Origin: the human T2T-CHM13v2.0 reference genome, Homo sapiens
DNA: 64,000 nucleotides
Strand: one strand, 5' to 3'
Assembly: GCF_009914755.1 (NCBI RefSeq)
Contig: NC_060935.1
This document shows positions 28,476 to 44,400 of the stretch, piece by piece. The notes below the pieces were generated by a model that was not told where the DNA came from, did no database searches, and saw only the letters and a program-made list of their open reading frames with translations. Numbering within the stretch: the stretch's first letter is position 1; each line of letters opens with the position of its first letter. Position numbers and translations under genes: made by a program.

Positions 28476-29836
28476 AAAATGGAGGTTATCATTATGGAGA
28501 AGGTACTGCTTTCTCTGAAGGCAAAGAAGTCTCCCTGTGTTAGTTTTGTCCTTTTCAATACGTCCTCCACACAATCAAATAATCATTCCAAAACACAGCT
28601 CAGACTACTTCATCAGCTTAAAGTCTTTGGGGATTCTTTATTCCCAACATGGCAGAAGTCAAATTCTTAAAACCACACAACATTGGACCCATCTCCCTCT
28701 CTAGCTTCTTTTCCCCTCACTTCTTCACATTCATATCCTCTCCTTCATCTAAAATAAACCTTGTATCAGTCTCCAAACTCATTATGCCCTTTGACTACTC
28801 CTCCAATACCAATTCTTCCACCATCCCCAATTCTCTACCTATCCAATTCTTAATCACCCATCACCTTCTAAAAGGTGGCCCTCCCCTTGGTATGTGCCTG
28901 TGTACATGCGCATACAGTTACAGCACTTCTCTCACTATATTGAGATTGTGTGTGTACTTATCTTTCCCCACAGTAGACTGAATTCCTTGAGAGCAGGAAC
29001 CATGCCTGAAGCACTTGTATTATCCCCAGTGACTAGCATAGAGGCCGAATATCTGGGCAGGAAAGATACAGTGGGGACAGAAGAACATTCCTTCCTACTG
29101 CAGGGAAACCTCCCATTTCCTACCCCTTTCCTTGTGTTCCCCACCTCAGGTATAAGAAATTAATGACCCAACTGGTCTGATTCTGGGACCCTAGTTGGAC
29201 CATGTTTACAAATAAGTAAAGGTACATGATTTTGCTCTTCTGTTCTCATTTCAGTGTGCTGATCATTTAATCACTTATACCATGTAGCTCACCAAAGGGT
29301 TCCAACATATGGCTTACAAATAGAGGCCCTAAAAAAGGCTAGTCCACGTGCCACCACTCAGCCTTACTAGAGTTCTTCCTCAGGGAAAATCACCACTAGC
29401 TTGACCAATAATAAAGGAGCACCTTGTTTCTCACTTGCTGTTTTTTTCTCCTGCGAAGAGAAATTCACAGAGGAGAGCAAATTACAATTCAGGCATCCCT
29501 GTAATCCGTAACCAAAAATATCTAATTGCACCCAAACATCACTTTTTCTTCAAGATTCACTGAATGAATAAATGCAAAAGTGAATTAATGAATAAACATA
29601 AAAGAGGTAGTAAGGAAAAGTAAAGAATAAAAGTGAAAAATGAAGTGAAGGAAAGAAAATGAAGAAAGCAAGTACATGTTTCAGTAAGTTTAACATTGGT
29701 GCAATACTTTTATGGAAGAAATGGAGCCCTAGCATCCCCAGTCCTGGAGACCATAAAGAGCCCTCATGGGGCCCAGCAGTCAGCCTATGCTCCCCGCATC
29801 TGAGAAAATGTGGTCCAGCTCCTTATCAGTCTGTAC

Positions 29837-30039
29837 CCAAGTGCAGCAACAAAATCCAACTTTAGTTTTTTCCCATTGTCTGAATTTCCAGAGGCAACTA
29901 TAGCAGCCAGTAAGGAAGGTGACAAAGCATTTGTGGTTGAAGATGCGTGGAATCCATGGATTAAGCTTTTTTGGTTTTTCTGTCTTATTCCTCTTGTGCT
30001 CAATCCTGTTGACCTTCTTAAACATGATTCACCCTTTAG
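29837..30039 (-). other. GDPD4: GDPD4 exon 2 (203 nt), nominally 5'UTR; contains an ATG at 30025 opening a uORF that resembles the GDPD N-terminus
   Basis: tctttccag|CT acceptor and TGG|gtacag donor; 63 open codons including FLTGCYSCLWK. Confidence 0.85.
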
Positions 30040-31706
30040 CTGGAAAGACAAATAAAATAATCAGGATCTAGTGTCGCTCCCCTTAATGTACCTTATCCCA
30101 CCATTCTACAGAAAATTTTATCAAAGACAGATGGATTTTTAAAAAACTGTTTATAATCAAAGGTAATATACTGGATTTGGGGCAGAAGAATAGAGTTTCT
30201 TCCTACCTTTCCCTCCCACTAACTTGTTGAGTGTTTACTGTGATCACTGCATCACTCTAGGTTTAGTTTTCTCACCTCTAAAGTGGGACAATATTCCCTG
30301 TCCTCACCAACTAATAAATGCTGAAACAATCAAATTAGATAATATATGCAAACGTGCTTCTCAAATTGCAATATGCTGTTGAAATAACTTGAGACGTTAA
30401 AGGCACGGGTGAGGTACATGAAAATACCATCGTTGACTAATAAGTGACTCAGACACACAGCTGGCTGCTCCTTCCCTTTCTCTCCTCTCCCATATGGAAT
30501 CAGTTAGGGTTAGCTTCAATTATGAATGATGGAATCTTCAAAACAACAATGGCTGAAATGTGACAAGTTTATTTTTCCTTTGCCAACAAAAAATATTTCA
30601 GAGATAGAACAAAATATGTAGCATGTGGCTTCACAATGGCACTAAGAACACAGGCACCTACCACAACCTGCACCTGTGTACATCATCAAGGAGCCTGAGG
30701 ACAGGCCAACATCACCTGGCACTACTACCACCACCAATGCCTACCCACACATGCCAGCTGGGGACCTATAGACTGACCCACCCATCCTATTGCTGTCACT
30801 GCTAGCACCAGTGCATGTTACCTGGGAGACCAAAGATTGGCCCCCTAACACTACTGCCATCGCTGATACCACACATGCTGCCCAGGGCTCCAGGTCCCAC
30901 CCACCTGCCCTGCACACTGCTAACACTGCCAGTACCCAAGCAAGCCACCTAGAGACCTAAAAATTGGCCCACCTCGACCTGCTAACACCAGTGCCTGTGT
31001 ACACTGGCCAGGGGTCCAAGGACAGGAACAATCGGCCTGCCACCACCACCACTGGGGCCTGAGGATTGGCCTGCCTGATTTCCCCATTCCCAGCAAAGTC
31101 TCACCACAGCCTGTGCTAACAACCAGAGCCTAAACCACTGACAAAATCATAGACACCACTGATATTGATTACAGCCAAAGAAATCCCAGGGAGACTATAC
31201 TACTGCATGAACCCAGAATAAAAACTAAAGTGCCCCACCCAACCAACTCTACAGATACATCTACAAGAAAAAAAAATCTTCCCCTATGAAAGCCAACCCA
31301 AAAAATTAGAAAAGGCAACTGTTACAGCAGATGTGCAGATATCAACATAAGGACACAAAAAACATGAAAAAGCAAGGAAACATGACAACTTCGAAGTAAT
31401 GTGATAATTATCCAGCAAGAGATTCCAATGTAAAAGAAATGTGTGAAATGCCTACAAATAATTTAAAATAACAATATTAAATATACTCAATGAGATACAA
31501 GAGAACACAGATAAATAATACAAAGAAATCAGAAAAACAATTCAAAATCCGAATGAGATAATTCAATAAGGAGATATTAGTTCAGAACCTGAAGACAAGT
31601 CATTTGAAATAACCCAGTAAGGTGAAAGAAACAGAAGGAGGGGAGGGGAGGGGAGGGAAGCGGGAGAGAGAAAGAAAGAGAAGGAAAAGTGGAAGGAAGG
31701 AAGCCT

Positions 31707-32646
<940 letters not shown>

Positions 32647-34367
32647 TCAGACATCCAGATAGTGGAAGCTCAAAGATCCCCAAATAGATTTAACCGAAAA
32701 AGGTCTTCTCCAAGGCACTTTATAGTCAAACTGCCAAAAGCCAAAGACAGAGAATTCCAAAAACAGCAAGAGAAAAGCATCAAGTCACACATAAGAGAAA
32801 CCAGTCAGACTAATAGTGGATTTCTCAGTAGAAATCTTACACGATAGGAGAGGATGGCCTGAAAGAAAACAAAGACCAAATGGACCTAACAGATATATAC
32901 AGAACATTTTATCCAACAATTACAGAATACACATTCTTCCCATCGGCACATAAAACATTCTCCAGGATAGACTACATGTTAGGTCACAAAACAAGTCTAA
33001 ACAAATTTGTAAAAATCTAAATCACATTAAGTATCTTTTCTGACCACAATGGAAAAAAAGTAGAAATCAATAACAAGAGAAATTTTTGAAACTGTAAAAA
33101 TACATGGAAATTATTTTAACAACTTGGTCCTGATTGACCATTGGTCAATGAAGAAATTAAGAAGAAAAAAAAATTATTGAAACAAATGAAATTAAAAAAC
33201 ACATACTAAAACCTATGTGATACAGCAAGAGGAATGTTGAGAGGGAAGCTTATACCAATAAACATTTACATCAAAAGTAGAAAGATTTCAAATAAATAAT
33301 TATGCACCTCAAGGAACTGGAAAACCAAGAACAAACCAAAGCCCTTCTATTTCTCAACAGAAGACATACAAATAGCCAACAGGTATATGAAAAAATGTTC
33401 AATATCACTAATAATTAGGGAAATGCAAATCAACACCACAGTGAGACATTATCTTACCCCTGTTAGAAGGGCTATTATCAAAAAGACAAAAAATAAAGAA
33501 GCTGGCAAAGATAGAGGGCACTCTTACACACTGTTGGTGGGAACATAAATTAGTACAGCCCATAAAAAACAATATGGAGATTTCTCAAAAAACTAAAATA
33601 TTGTAGTAACCATATGATCCAGCAATTCCACCACTTGGTAGTTATCCAAAGAAAGGAAATCAGTATATCAAAAGGATACCTGCATCCCTATGTTTATTGC
33701 AGGACTACGCACAATTGCAAAGATAGAGAACCACCCTAAGTGTCCATTAATGGACAAACGGATAAAGAAAATGAGCTTATATATGCAATGCAATACTCTT
33801 CGGCCATAAAAAGAAAATGAAATTCTGTCATTTGCAGCAGTATGGATGGTACTGGTGGTCATTATGTTCAGTGAAATAAGTCAGGCACAAAAAGACAAAT
33901 ATTGTGTGTTCTCACTCATGTGGGAGCTTAAAAAGTTGATCTCATGGAGGTAATGAGTAGAATGATAATTACCGGAGGCTGGGAAGGACATGGGGTTGCA
34001 GGGGGATGAAGAAAGGTAGGTTAATAAGTACAAACATACAGTTAGAGAGAAGGAACAAGTTCTAGTGTTTGATAGCATAGTAGGGTGACTACAGGTAACA
34101 ATATACTCTGTATTTTAAAATAGCTAGAAGATTTGAAATGTCCCTAGTACAAAGAAATGATAAATTTTCAAAGCGATAGATATCCTAAATACCCTGATTT
34201 TACCATTACACATTCTATGCATGTATCAAAATATCACATGTATACAATAAATAAGTACAAACATTATGTACTGATAAAAATTTTTAGAAACTCTAATGTT
34301 TCCTTTTGTTTCTTCCATCAGCATAGACATTTACATATTTGAGAGTTAATATATAATTATTCATACT

Positions 34368-34698
<331 letters not shown>

Positions 34699-35930
34699 TC
34701 ATACACATTTTCAATTTTATTAATAAATCTGCAAAATGACAAAAAAAAACCCTCAAGTAACATAAATCAAAATTCATTGACCTTCCAATGAGAAACAGAC
34801 AAATCCAAAATTATAGTCAGAGATTTCAATACCCCTTTCTCAATAACAGTAAGCAGGATAGAGTAGACTTAAAAAACACTAGAATTGGAAAACAGAATTG
34901 AAAATACTAGAATTAAATTAGAAATTAATGAGAGTTGGAAAACTCCTAAATATTTTAAATAGCAACTTCTAAGTAACTCTGAGTTAAAAAAAATCAAAAG
35001 GGAAATTAAAACCTTTTGAACTGAATAGAAATGAAAACACAATATAGAAACATTTGTAAGGTATAGTTAAAGCAATACTTAGATTGATATTTATAATGCT
35101 AAATGCCCGTACTAGAAAAGAACAAAGATCTCAAAATCAATAACCTCAATTTCCATCTTTAGACAATCAGTAAAAGTGGAGCAAATTAAACACAAAGTTA
35201 ACAGAAGATTAGGAATAATAACAATGGATAATTAAATAGAAAAAATAGGAAAAAAAATCAATGAAATCAAAAGTTGGTTCTTTGAGAAGACCAACAAAAC
35301 TGATAAATTTCCAACCAGGATCATTAAGGAGATTAAACAAGAGAGAAATCACAAATTATCAATATCAGGAATAAGAGGGAACCATCACCACAGACCCTAG
35401 AGACATCAAAAGAGTAGCAATAAAGAATTTGGTACAACTTCATTCCCATAAATTCTATAGATACATGAAATGGGCAAATTCCTTGAAAGACAAAAACTAC
35501 TGAAGCTCACTCAAGAAGGAATAGAAAACTTGAATAGCCCTTTATCTATCAAGTAAATTGAATTTTACTTAAATTAAAAATAAAAAGCCTTGTTAAAAAG
35601 CCTTGTTAAACAAGCCTTCCCATCAAGAAAAAGAAAAAAAACAACAACAACGGGTTCACTGGTGAATTCTACCAAACATCTATGGAAGAAATAATACCAA
35701 TTCTATAGAAACTCTTACATTAGAAGAGAATGGAAGACTTTCCAAATCATTTCATATGACCAGTATCCTGACACCAAAACCAGACAAAGATATCCTGAAA
35801 AAAGTACAAACCAATATCCCTTACGAATCCAAATGCAAAAATTCTTAACATACATCAATACATACTGACCAAGTGTAGTTTTCCTAAGGACTGCAAAGAT
35901 TATTCAACATTCAAAAATCAATCAACTTGG

Positions 35931-36223
35931 GGCCAGGCATGGTCACTCACTTCTGTAATCCTACAACTTTGGGAGGCTGAGGCAGGCAGACTGCTTGAGC
36001 CCAAAAGTTCAAGACCAGCATGGGCAACATGGCCAAATCCTGTATCCACAAAAAAATACAAAAATTAGCTGGGTGTGGTGGCACATCCCTGTAGTCCCAG
36101 CTTCTTGGGAGGCTGAGGCAGGAGGATTGCTTGAGCCTGGAGATGGAGGTTACAGTAAGCCAAGATCACACCACTGCACTCCAGCCTGGGCAACAGAGAC
36201 CTTGTCTCAAAAAAAAAAAAAAA
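35931..36223 (+). mobile_element. AluJ
   Basis: Diverged Alu dimer with TSD-like aaaatcaat flanks. Confidence 0.9.
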
Positions 36224-37577
36224 TCAATAAACTTAACCATACTATCAAACTAAAACTATATGGCCATCTAAATAGATACATAAAATACTTCTGAGCAAAT
36301 TCAAACTCCATTCCTGACAAAAACCCTCAGCACACTAGGAATAGAATGGCGAATATTATGCCTTTATATGGAGAATATATTAAAAGCCAATAGCTAACTT
36401 CAAACTTAATAGTGAAAGATTGATTGCTTTCTAAAGACTAAATGATTTTTTTCTAAGATCAGAAACAAAGCAAGGATGTCTGTTATCACCAACCTTGTTC
36501 AACATTGTACTGGCAGTCCTAGCCAGTGCAATAAGGCTAGAAAAAGAAATAAAAGGCATAAAGAATAGAAACTCTATTTGCAGACAACAATATTATCTAT
36601 GTAGAAAATCTCCAAAATTCTACAAAAAACTTAGAATTAATAAGTGAGTTTGGCAAGGTAGAACTAGATGCAAAAATCAAAAATTTTTATAGACTAGAAA
36701 TGAACAAATAGAAGGTAAAAATTTTAAATCACTATTTACATCACGAAACAGCAAAACATGAATGGGAAAACTGGTGAAATCTGAATGATATCTGAAGTTT
36801 AGTTACCAGTAATGTACTAACGTTATCTTAGTTTTAACGAATGAACCACAGTGAAAGGATAATGCTGGGGGAAACTGAAACTGGGTAAGAGTATACAAGA
36901 ACTGTCTGTACTATCTTTGTAACTTTTCTGTAAATCTAAAATTATTCCAAGATGAAACATTTATTTAAAAATTAAATTTAAATGATGATTTACAATAGTA
37001 ACAAACACATACTTAGGTATAAATCTAACAAAATATGTGCAGGATCTGCATGCTGAAAACTATAAGATACTTGATGAAAGAAATCAAAGAAGACTCAAGT
37101 AAAGACTCATAACAATACTGAGTCTTCTAATCTAAGTACCACTTTCTTGGATTAGAAGACTCAATATTGTTATAATCTCAATTCTCCCCAAACAGATCTA
37201 CAGGTTCAACATGATTCCAATCAAAATCTCTGAGGACTTTTTTTGTAGAAATCAATAAGCTGATTCTAAGATTTATAAGGAAAGGCAAAGGAAATAGACT
37301 AGCCAAAACAATTTTGAAAAAAAATGTATTTTGACTCAAACTACCTGAGTTCAAGACTTAATATAAAGCTACAGTTACCAAGATAGCGTGGAATCAGCAA
37401 AAAGACAGACATAGAGATCAATGAAACAGAATATGGGTTCCAGAAAAAGGCCCATATATATATGGTCTATTCATGTTTGACAGAAGTATGAAGGATGGAG
37501 AAAGGACAGGTTTTTTGACAAATGGTTCTGGAACAACTGGATATTCACCTAAAATGAACCTCAATCTACAACTTTGC

Positions 37578-37903
37578 TTTTTTTTTTTTTTTTTTTTTTT
37601 GAGACAGAGTCTCCCTCTGTCACCCAGGTTGGAGTGCAGTGGAAGGCGATCTCAGCTCACTACAACCTCTGCCTCCCAGGAGCAATTATCTTGCCTCAGC
37701 CTCTTGAGTAGCGGGGACTACAGGCGCATGCCAACACATCCAGCTAATTTTGTTGTTGTTGTTGTTTTTGTTTTTGTATTTTTAGTAGAGATGGGGTTTC
37801 ACTGTGTTAGCCAAGCTGGTCTGGATCTCCTGACCTCAAAGGATCTGCCCGCCTCAGCCTCCCAAAGTGCTGGGATTACAGGCATGAGCCACCACACCCA
37901 GCC
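37578..37903 (-). mobile_element. AluS
   Basis: Antisense dimer with TSD acaactttgc. Confidence 0.9.
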
Positions 37904-37965
37904 CACAACTTTGCATTCTTTGTAAAAATTAAATGGATCACAGACTTAAATATAAATCTAAAGCT

Positions 37966-38262
37966 GGCCAGGTGTGGCAGGTCATGCCTGTAATCCCAGC
38001 ACTTTGGGAGGCTGAGGCTAGAGGATCACTTGAGCCCAGGAGTTTGAGACCAGCCTGGGCAACATAGTGGGAGCCCATCTCTACAGAAAATACAAAAATT
38101 AGACAGATGTGGTGGCGCACACCTGTAGTCCCAGCTACTCAGGAGGCTGAGGCAAGAGGATCACTTGAGCTGGGAGGTTGACGCTGCAGCAAGCCATGAT
38201 GGGGCCACTATACTCCATTCTGGGTGACAGAATGAGACCTTGTCTCTAAATGAATAAATAAA
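37966..38262 (+). mobile_element. AluJ
   Basis: Dimer with TSD ctaaagct. Confidence 0.9.
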
Positions 38263-38585
38263 ACCTAAAGCTATAAAACTTACAGAAGAAAACATAGACG
38301 AAATCTGTGTCCCTGCTTTAGGCAAAGATTTGTTAGGTATAACACCAAAAGCATGATCCATAATAGAAAAAACATATAAGTTGTACTTCATCAATATTAA
38401 TAACTTCTAGTCTTCAAAAGACATTCCTAAGAAGTAAAAAGGCAGGCCACAGATTGGGAGAAAAACTGTCCTATATTTTGATGGTACTTACACAATTATA
38501 TGCATTTGTCAAAACTTGCAGAATTATACACTAAATAAGGGTGAATTTTAGTGTATGCAAATTTTATCTTAATTAGAAATTTCTT

Positions 38586-38931
<346 letters not shown>

Positions 38932-38939
38932 TTAATTAA

Positions 38940-39233
38940 TTTTTTTTTTTTAGACTGAGTTTCACTCTTGTTGCTCAAGCTGAAGTGGAATGGCGTGCTC
39001 TCGGCTCACTGCAACCTCCACCTCCCGGGTTCAAGCAATTCTCCTACCTCAGCCTCCTGAGTAGCTGGCATTACAAGCACGCACCACTATGCTCGGATAA
39101 TTTTTTGTATTTTTAGTAGAAACAGGGTTTCACCAAGTTAGCCAGGCCGGTCTTGAACTCCTGACCTCAAGTAACTGCCCGCCTTGGCCTCCCAAAGTGC
39201 TGGGATTACAGGTGTGAGCTACTGCACCCGGCC
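38940..39233 (-). mobile_element. AluS
   Basis: Antisense dimer. Confidence 0.9.
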
Positions 39234-39390
39234 AGATGTATAGATCTTGATTGGAACCTGTGAAAAGACTTTCTGGAGGAAATTGGTAGAAATTTGGTTA
39301 TTAACTGATTTACATTCAGTTGGTTTAGTAAATTACTAATTTTAGGTGTGAAAATGATGATATGGCTGTGTAAAAAAAAATTCCTTTTTT

Positions 39391-39708
<318 letters not shown>

Positions 39709-39878
39709 TCACACAAAGTATTTACAGGTAAAATGTATGGTGTCTGCAATTCACTTTCAAATACTTCATCTAAAAGAAGAGAAAGCAAATATTGGAAGAT
39801 GTTAACAATTATAAATATATGGGGTTATATTTTCCTGTATATTTTAAATAGTTCATAATTTAAAAAGTAGATGCTCTG

Positions 39879-40221
<343 letters not shown>

Positions 40222-40764
40222 TTAGCTGTGCAACTTTAGGCAAGTTATGTAAGTATTCTGTACCTCAGTTTTCTCATCTTTAAATGTGGATGATAATGGT
40301 ACATATCCATATAGTTTGTGGGGATTATTGAGTGAATCAATAGACGTGAAGAACTTAGTTCTGGAAATATTGTAAACTGAATGTTGGCTTTCAATATAAT
40401 AATTGTTATCCATTCAGCACACTTTGAGCACTCAAATGACCAAGCATTAGGTTATGCGTCAAGGGCAAAGTGATAAGTCAAAGCTATCATTGATAAGATT
40501 TAAATATAGTGGAAGAAATGTATATTAGCAATTAAGTATAATATAATGTAATAACTTCTAGAATAAACATCTATACAATACACTAGGCAGCATGGAGAAT
40601 AGAGTGATTAACCCAGCCTCAGAGCATAAATGAAGACATTTTGGAAGTTCAGGAGGGAGCTGAAAAAGACAGGGAAAATAAAGACTACCTACAGTTTTTT
40701 GTTGTTGTTTCGTTTTTTAAAAAAAAAAAAGATTGAAATAAAAAGATCTTGGAGATTCAGTTTA

Positions 40765-41675
<911 letters not shown>

Positions 41676-42615
41676 CACTGGCCTCATATGAAAACCAGGT
41701 AATCCCTCTCACCCAGAGTATCACACATTCCCATCCTGGACCCTCTTTATGAGACAGGGGCCGGAGGTAGCAGTTGCTAGGCAACACCAACCACCCCACA
41801 GCTTCTCACCAGCCCCATAGAATACCATCAGCATCCCGATTATAAGAATTAGGTATTCTGTCCCATTAATTTGCCCAAAGATGGAAGAAATCCTAAATGA
41901 CTATCTCACCCTCAAAAGTAGTAGTTACCTCACTTCCTTCAATTCCTTGCTCAAATGTCACCTTCTCAACAAGGTCAACCCTAACCACTTTATTTAATAC
42001 TGCAATCTGCTCCCTCCTTCTAACTCCTCTATTGCACTCTACTTTTTTTCTATAGAAAATAAAACATTATATAATGTATTTATTTAGGAAGTTTACTGTT
42101 TATTGTCTGTCTTTACCTCCTAGAGCGTATGTTCCACATTTAACAGTAAGAGTTTATTGCTCACACATCTGAGCTAATGGGCTATCTGTTCTGCTGATCT
42201 GTTCTGCCTCAGCTAGAATGACTGGGATGACTTGGCTTTCCTTCATGTGTCACTCAACCAGGTTGGCCTGGGTATGTTCTCATGGTGTTGGAAGTTGTCC
42301 AAGAGAGTAAGTCCCAAATGCAAGCCCATTTCAAGCCTCTGCCTCACCGGATGTCTGTTCATATGGTTGAGCCCAAAGTCAACAATCAGCGCAGGTCACC
42401 TCATGGTGGTTGGTCACAGTAAAGTTACACAGAAAAAGGTGTGAACACAAAGAATGTAACTAAGGGAAGGGTGAACAGTTGGAGTCAAATAATACAATCT
42501 ACCTCTCTATATGACCAGCAAAGTAAACTATGAGGCATAAAAGCAATACTAGAGACAAAGAGGGACATTTCATAATGTGAAAAAACAAAAATTTTAATTT
42601 GCAATTTGTAAGTAC

Positions 42616-43073
42616 TATTAGATATGAGTTCTAAATTTCTCTTCAAAGAATCAATATGTCAGTATGTTCAATTCTTTGCCTTCTACTTTTAAACTTCCTC
42701 GTAAAGCAACCTTTTTTGATCACCTGCTCCATCCTGACTCATTCTGATTACCAGCTCTGCCCTGACTCATCCTGATCACCTGCTCCACCCTCACTCCCGC
42801 CAAACCACTCACCCCGTCACTCTCTCTAAATTAGCCAATTGGAATTAGTTTAGCCTGTGCGGTCTAACACTAGCCAATAGGGGAACGACACAGCAGCAGG
42901 GGCCACGTGTGTCAGGAATAAGAACCCCTTCCCCTCCCTTGTCCAAGTGTGTGCTCACCATTGCTCCATATGTAAGGGTGCACCCTTCTATAGAAGTATA
43001 TTGCCTTGCTAAGAATTAAAAAGAAAATTTTATATTTGAGTGCTATTTCTTTTGCAGCACCGAAACTATAACA
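42616..43073 (+). mobile_element. LTR10 (LTR10A/F-like) solo LTR
   Basis: t(a)ttagatatgagttctaaatttctcttcaaagaatc start, ...taaca end, 4-bp TSD GTAC on both sides, 28-bp repeats containing TGACTCA. Confidence 0.85.
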
Positions 43074-43749
43074 GTACCCAATCACCTAGTCTCTAAGGGA
43101 GAAATGGACAAATGCATAATCATGGTAGGAGATTTAACACACCTCTTAAAAAAAAAACAGAATAAGCAGAAAAAAAGTCTGTAAGGATATAGACGACTGT
43201 AAAAGTTGATTAACTAGTCTTAACATTTATAGAACACTGTACTCAACAAATGCAGAGTGTACTTTAAAATGGACATGGAATATTTATCAAAAATCACAAT
43301 TGGTTTTAATAAACCTTGACATCTTAAGAATATATCTTCTGACTACAGTGCAATTTAACTGGAAATCAGTAAGAAAAACAAATTGCACATTTGGGAATTA
43401 AACACACAGAAACCTATGCATGGTCAAAGAAAAATCACAATGGAAATGAGAAAAAAACTTTCAGTTGGTTAATGATGAAACTACTGCATATATATAGAAC
43501 TTGGTGTGACTAATTGCAAATACTGGGGTGTCCAAGGGCAGACGTTATGAACAAAAAGCTCTATGGGAGGATGGTAAGCTGCTTGGATATCGAATAAAAG
43601 GCAGCTTTTTAACCAGAATAATTACCACCACCATTGTCTACACACCTGCAGATACTTTGTGTCTAAGCACCAGCCAGCGTAGCCACGTTTACATGAAAAT
43701 TCCTAATATTTAAGGGGAGATCAAGAAACACTGTTTCCTTCCCAGAGCT

Positions 43750-43950
43750 CTTCTCTGAATTCTACACTCATATATCCGACAGGCTACTGAAATCTCCATT
43801 TGGATTTCTCACAGGCACCTCAAAAGTAATATGTCCAAAACTGAACCCCTGATGTTTTTTCCCTCTAAAATCTATTCCTCCTGCAATCTGTCCCATCTCA
43901 GTAAAGGTCACCGCCATTCCCCAGCTCATGAGATCAAAACCCAAGGGTTG
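43750..43950 (+). mobile_element. L2 fragment
   Basis: actcatatatccgacaggctact...aggcacctcaaaagtaatatgtccaaaactgaa. Confidence 0.75.
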
Positions 43951-44218
43951 CCGCCCAGGATTGGCATAGTCGAAGCTGATTTTTATCCCCTTCGCCATTA
44001 ACAACTAGAAAACTAGAAAATACACGAAGCCGCTACTGTCAGATACTGAACAGGAGGTCCAGGCCCGTAATCCTCGAGAGGGGACACAAACGACCCGACA
44101 GAGTGAGCGAACAACGTCAAAGGGCCTCAAGTTTGGCCGCCGACTAATAATACTAATAGAACTTCCTGCTTCTGGTGCTGCTTAGGGAAGAAGCACGGAA
44201 CTGGGCACATTTACTTAC

Positions 44219-44300
44219 CGAGACTTCCCAGTCCCAACCCAAATCCAATCTTCACGCCTGAGGAGACCAGCGTCTCTTAAGATGGACGCCTGGCTGGAAG
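44219..44300 (-). other. GDPD4: GDPD4 non-coding exon 1 (5' end approximate)
   Basis: Consensus donor TCG|gtaagt at 44218, just downstream of a GC-box cluster. Confidence 0.75.
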
Positions 44301-44400
44301 GGCAGCCCGAGGGAGGCGGGGCGGGAGGGGGCGGCCTGGCGGGGCTGTGGGCGTGGTCAAGGACACCCCGTGCCAGAGCAAGGCTGAAGCTAAGGCCAGA
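44300..44400. promoter_or_regulatory. GDPD4: TATA-less GC-box (Sp/KLF) promoter in a small CpG-enriched region
   Basis: GGGGCGGG, GGGGGCGG, GGCGGGG and GGGCGTGG clustered at 44318-44356; CpGs retained across about 43950-44440. Confidence 0.75.

Larger units (their letters stand above)
34700..38470 (+). mobile_element. L1M (MB/MC-type) ORF2 remnant interrupted by Alus
   Basis: Degenerate ORF2 motifs (ttcactggtgaattctaccaaaca; ctctatttgcagac). Confidence 0.8.

Noticed and set aside
29855-29880. Slippery run GGGAAAAAA in the uORF as a programmed -1 frameshift into the main frame
   Set aside because: The shifted frame hits TAA immediately (GGA AAA AAC TAA).
42716-42800. 28-bp repeats as a CRISPR-like array
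   Set aside because: Tandem units without unique spacers; this is the LTR10 internal VNTR in eukaryotic DNA.
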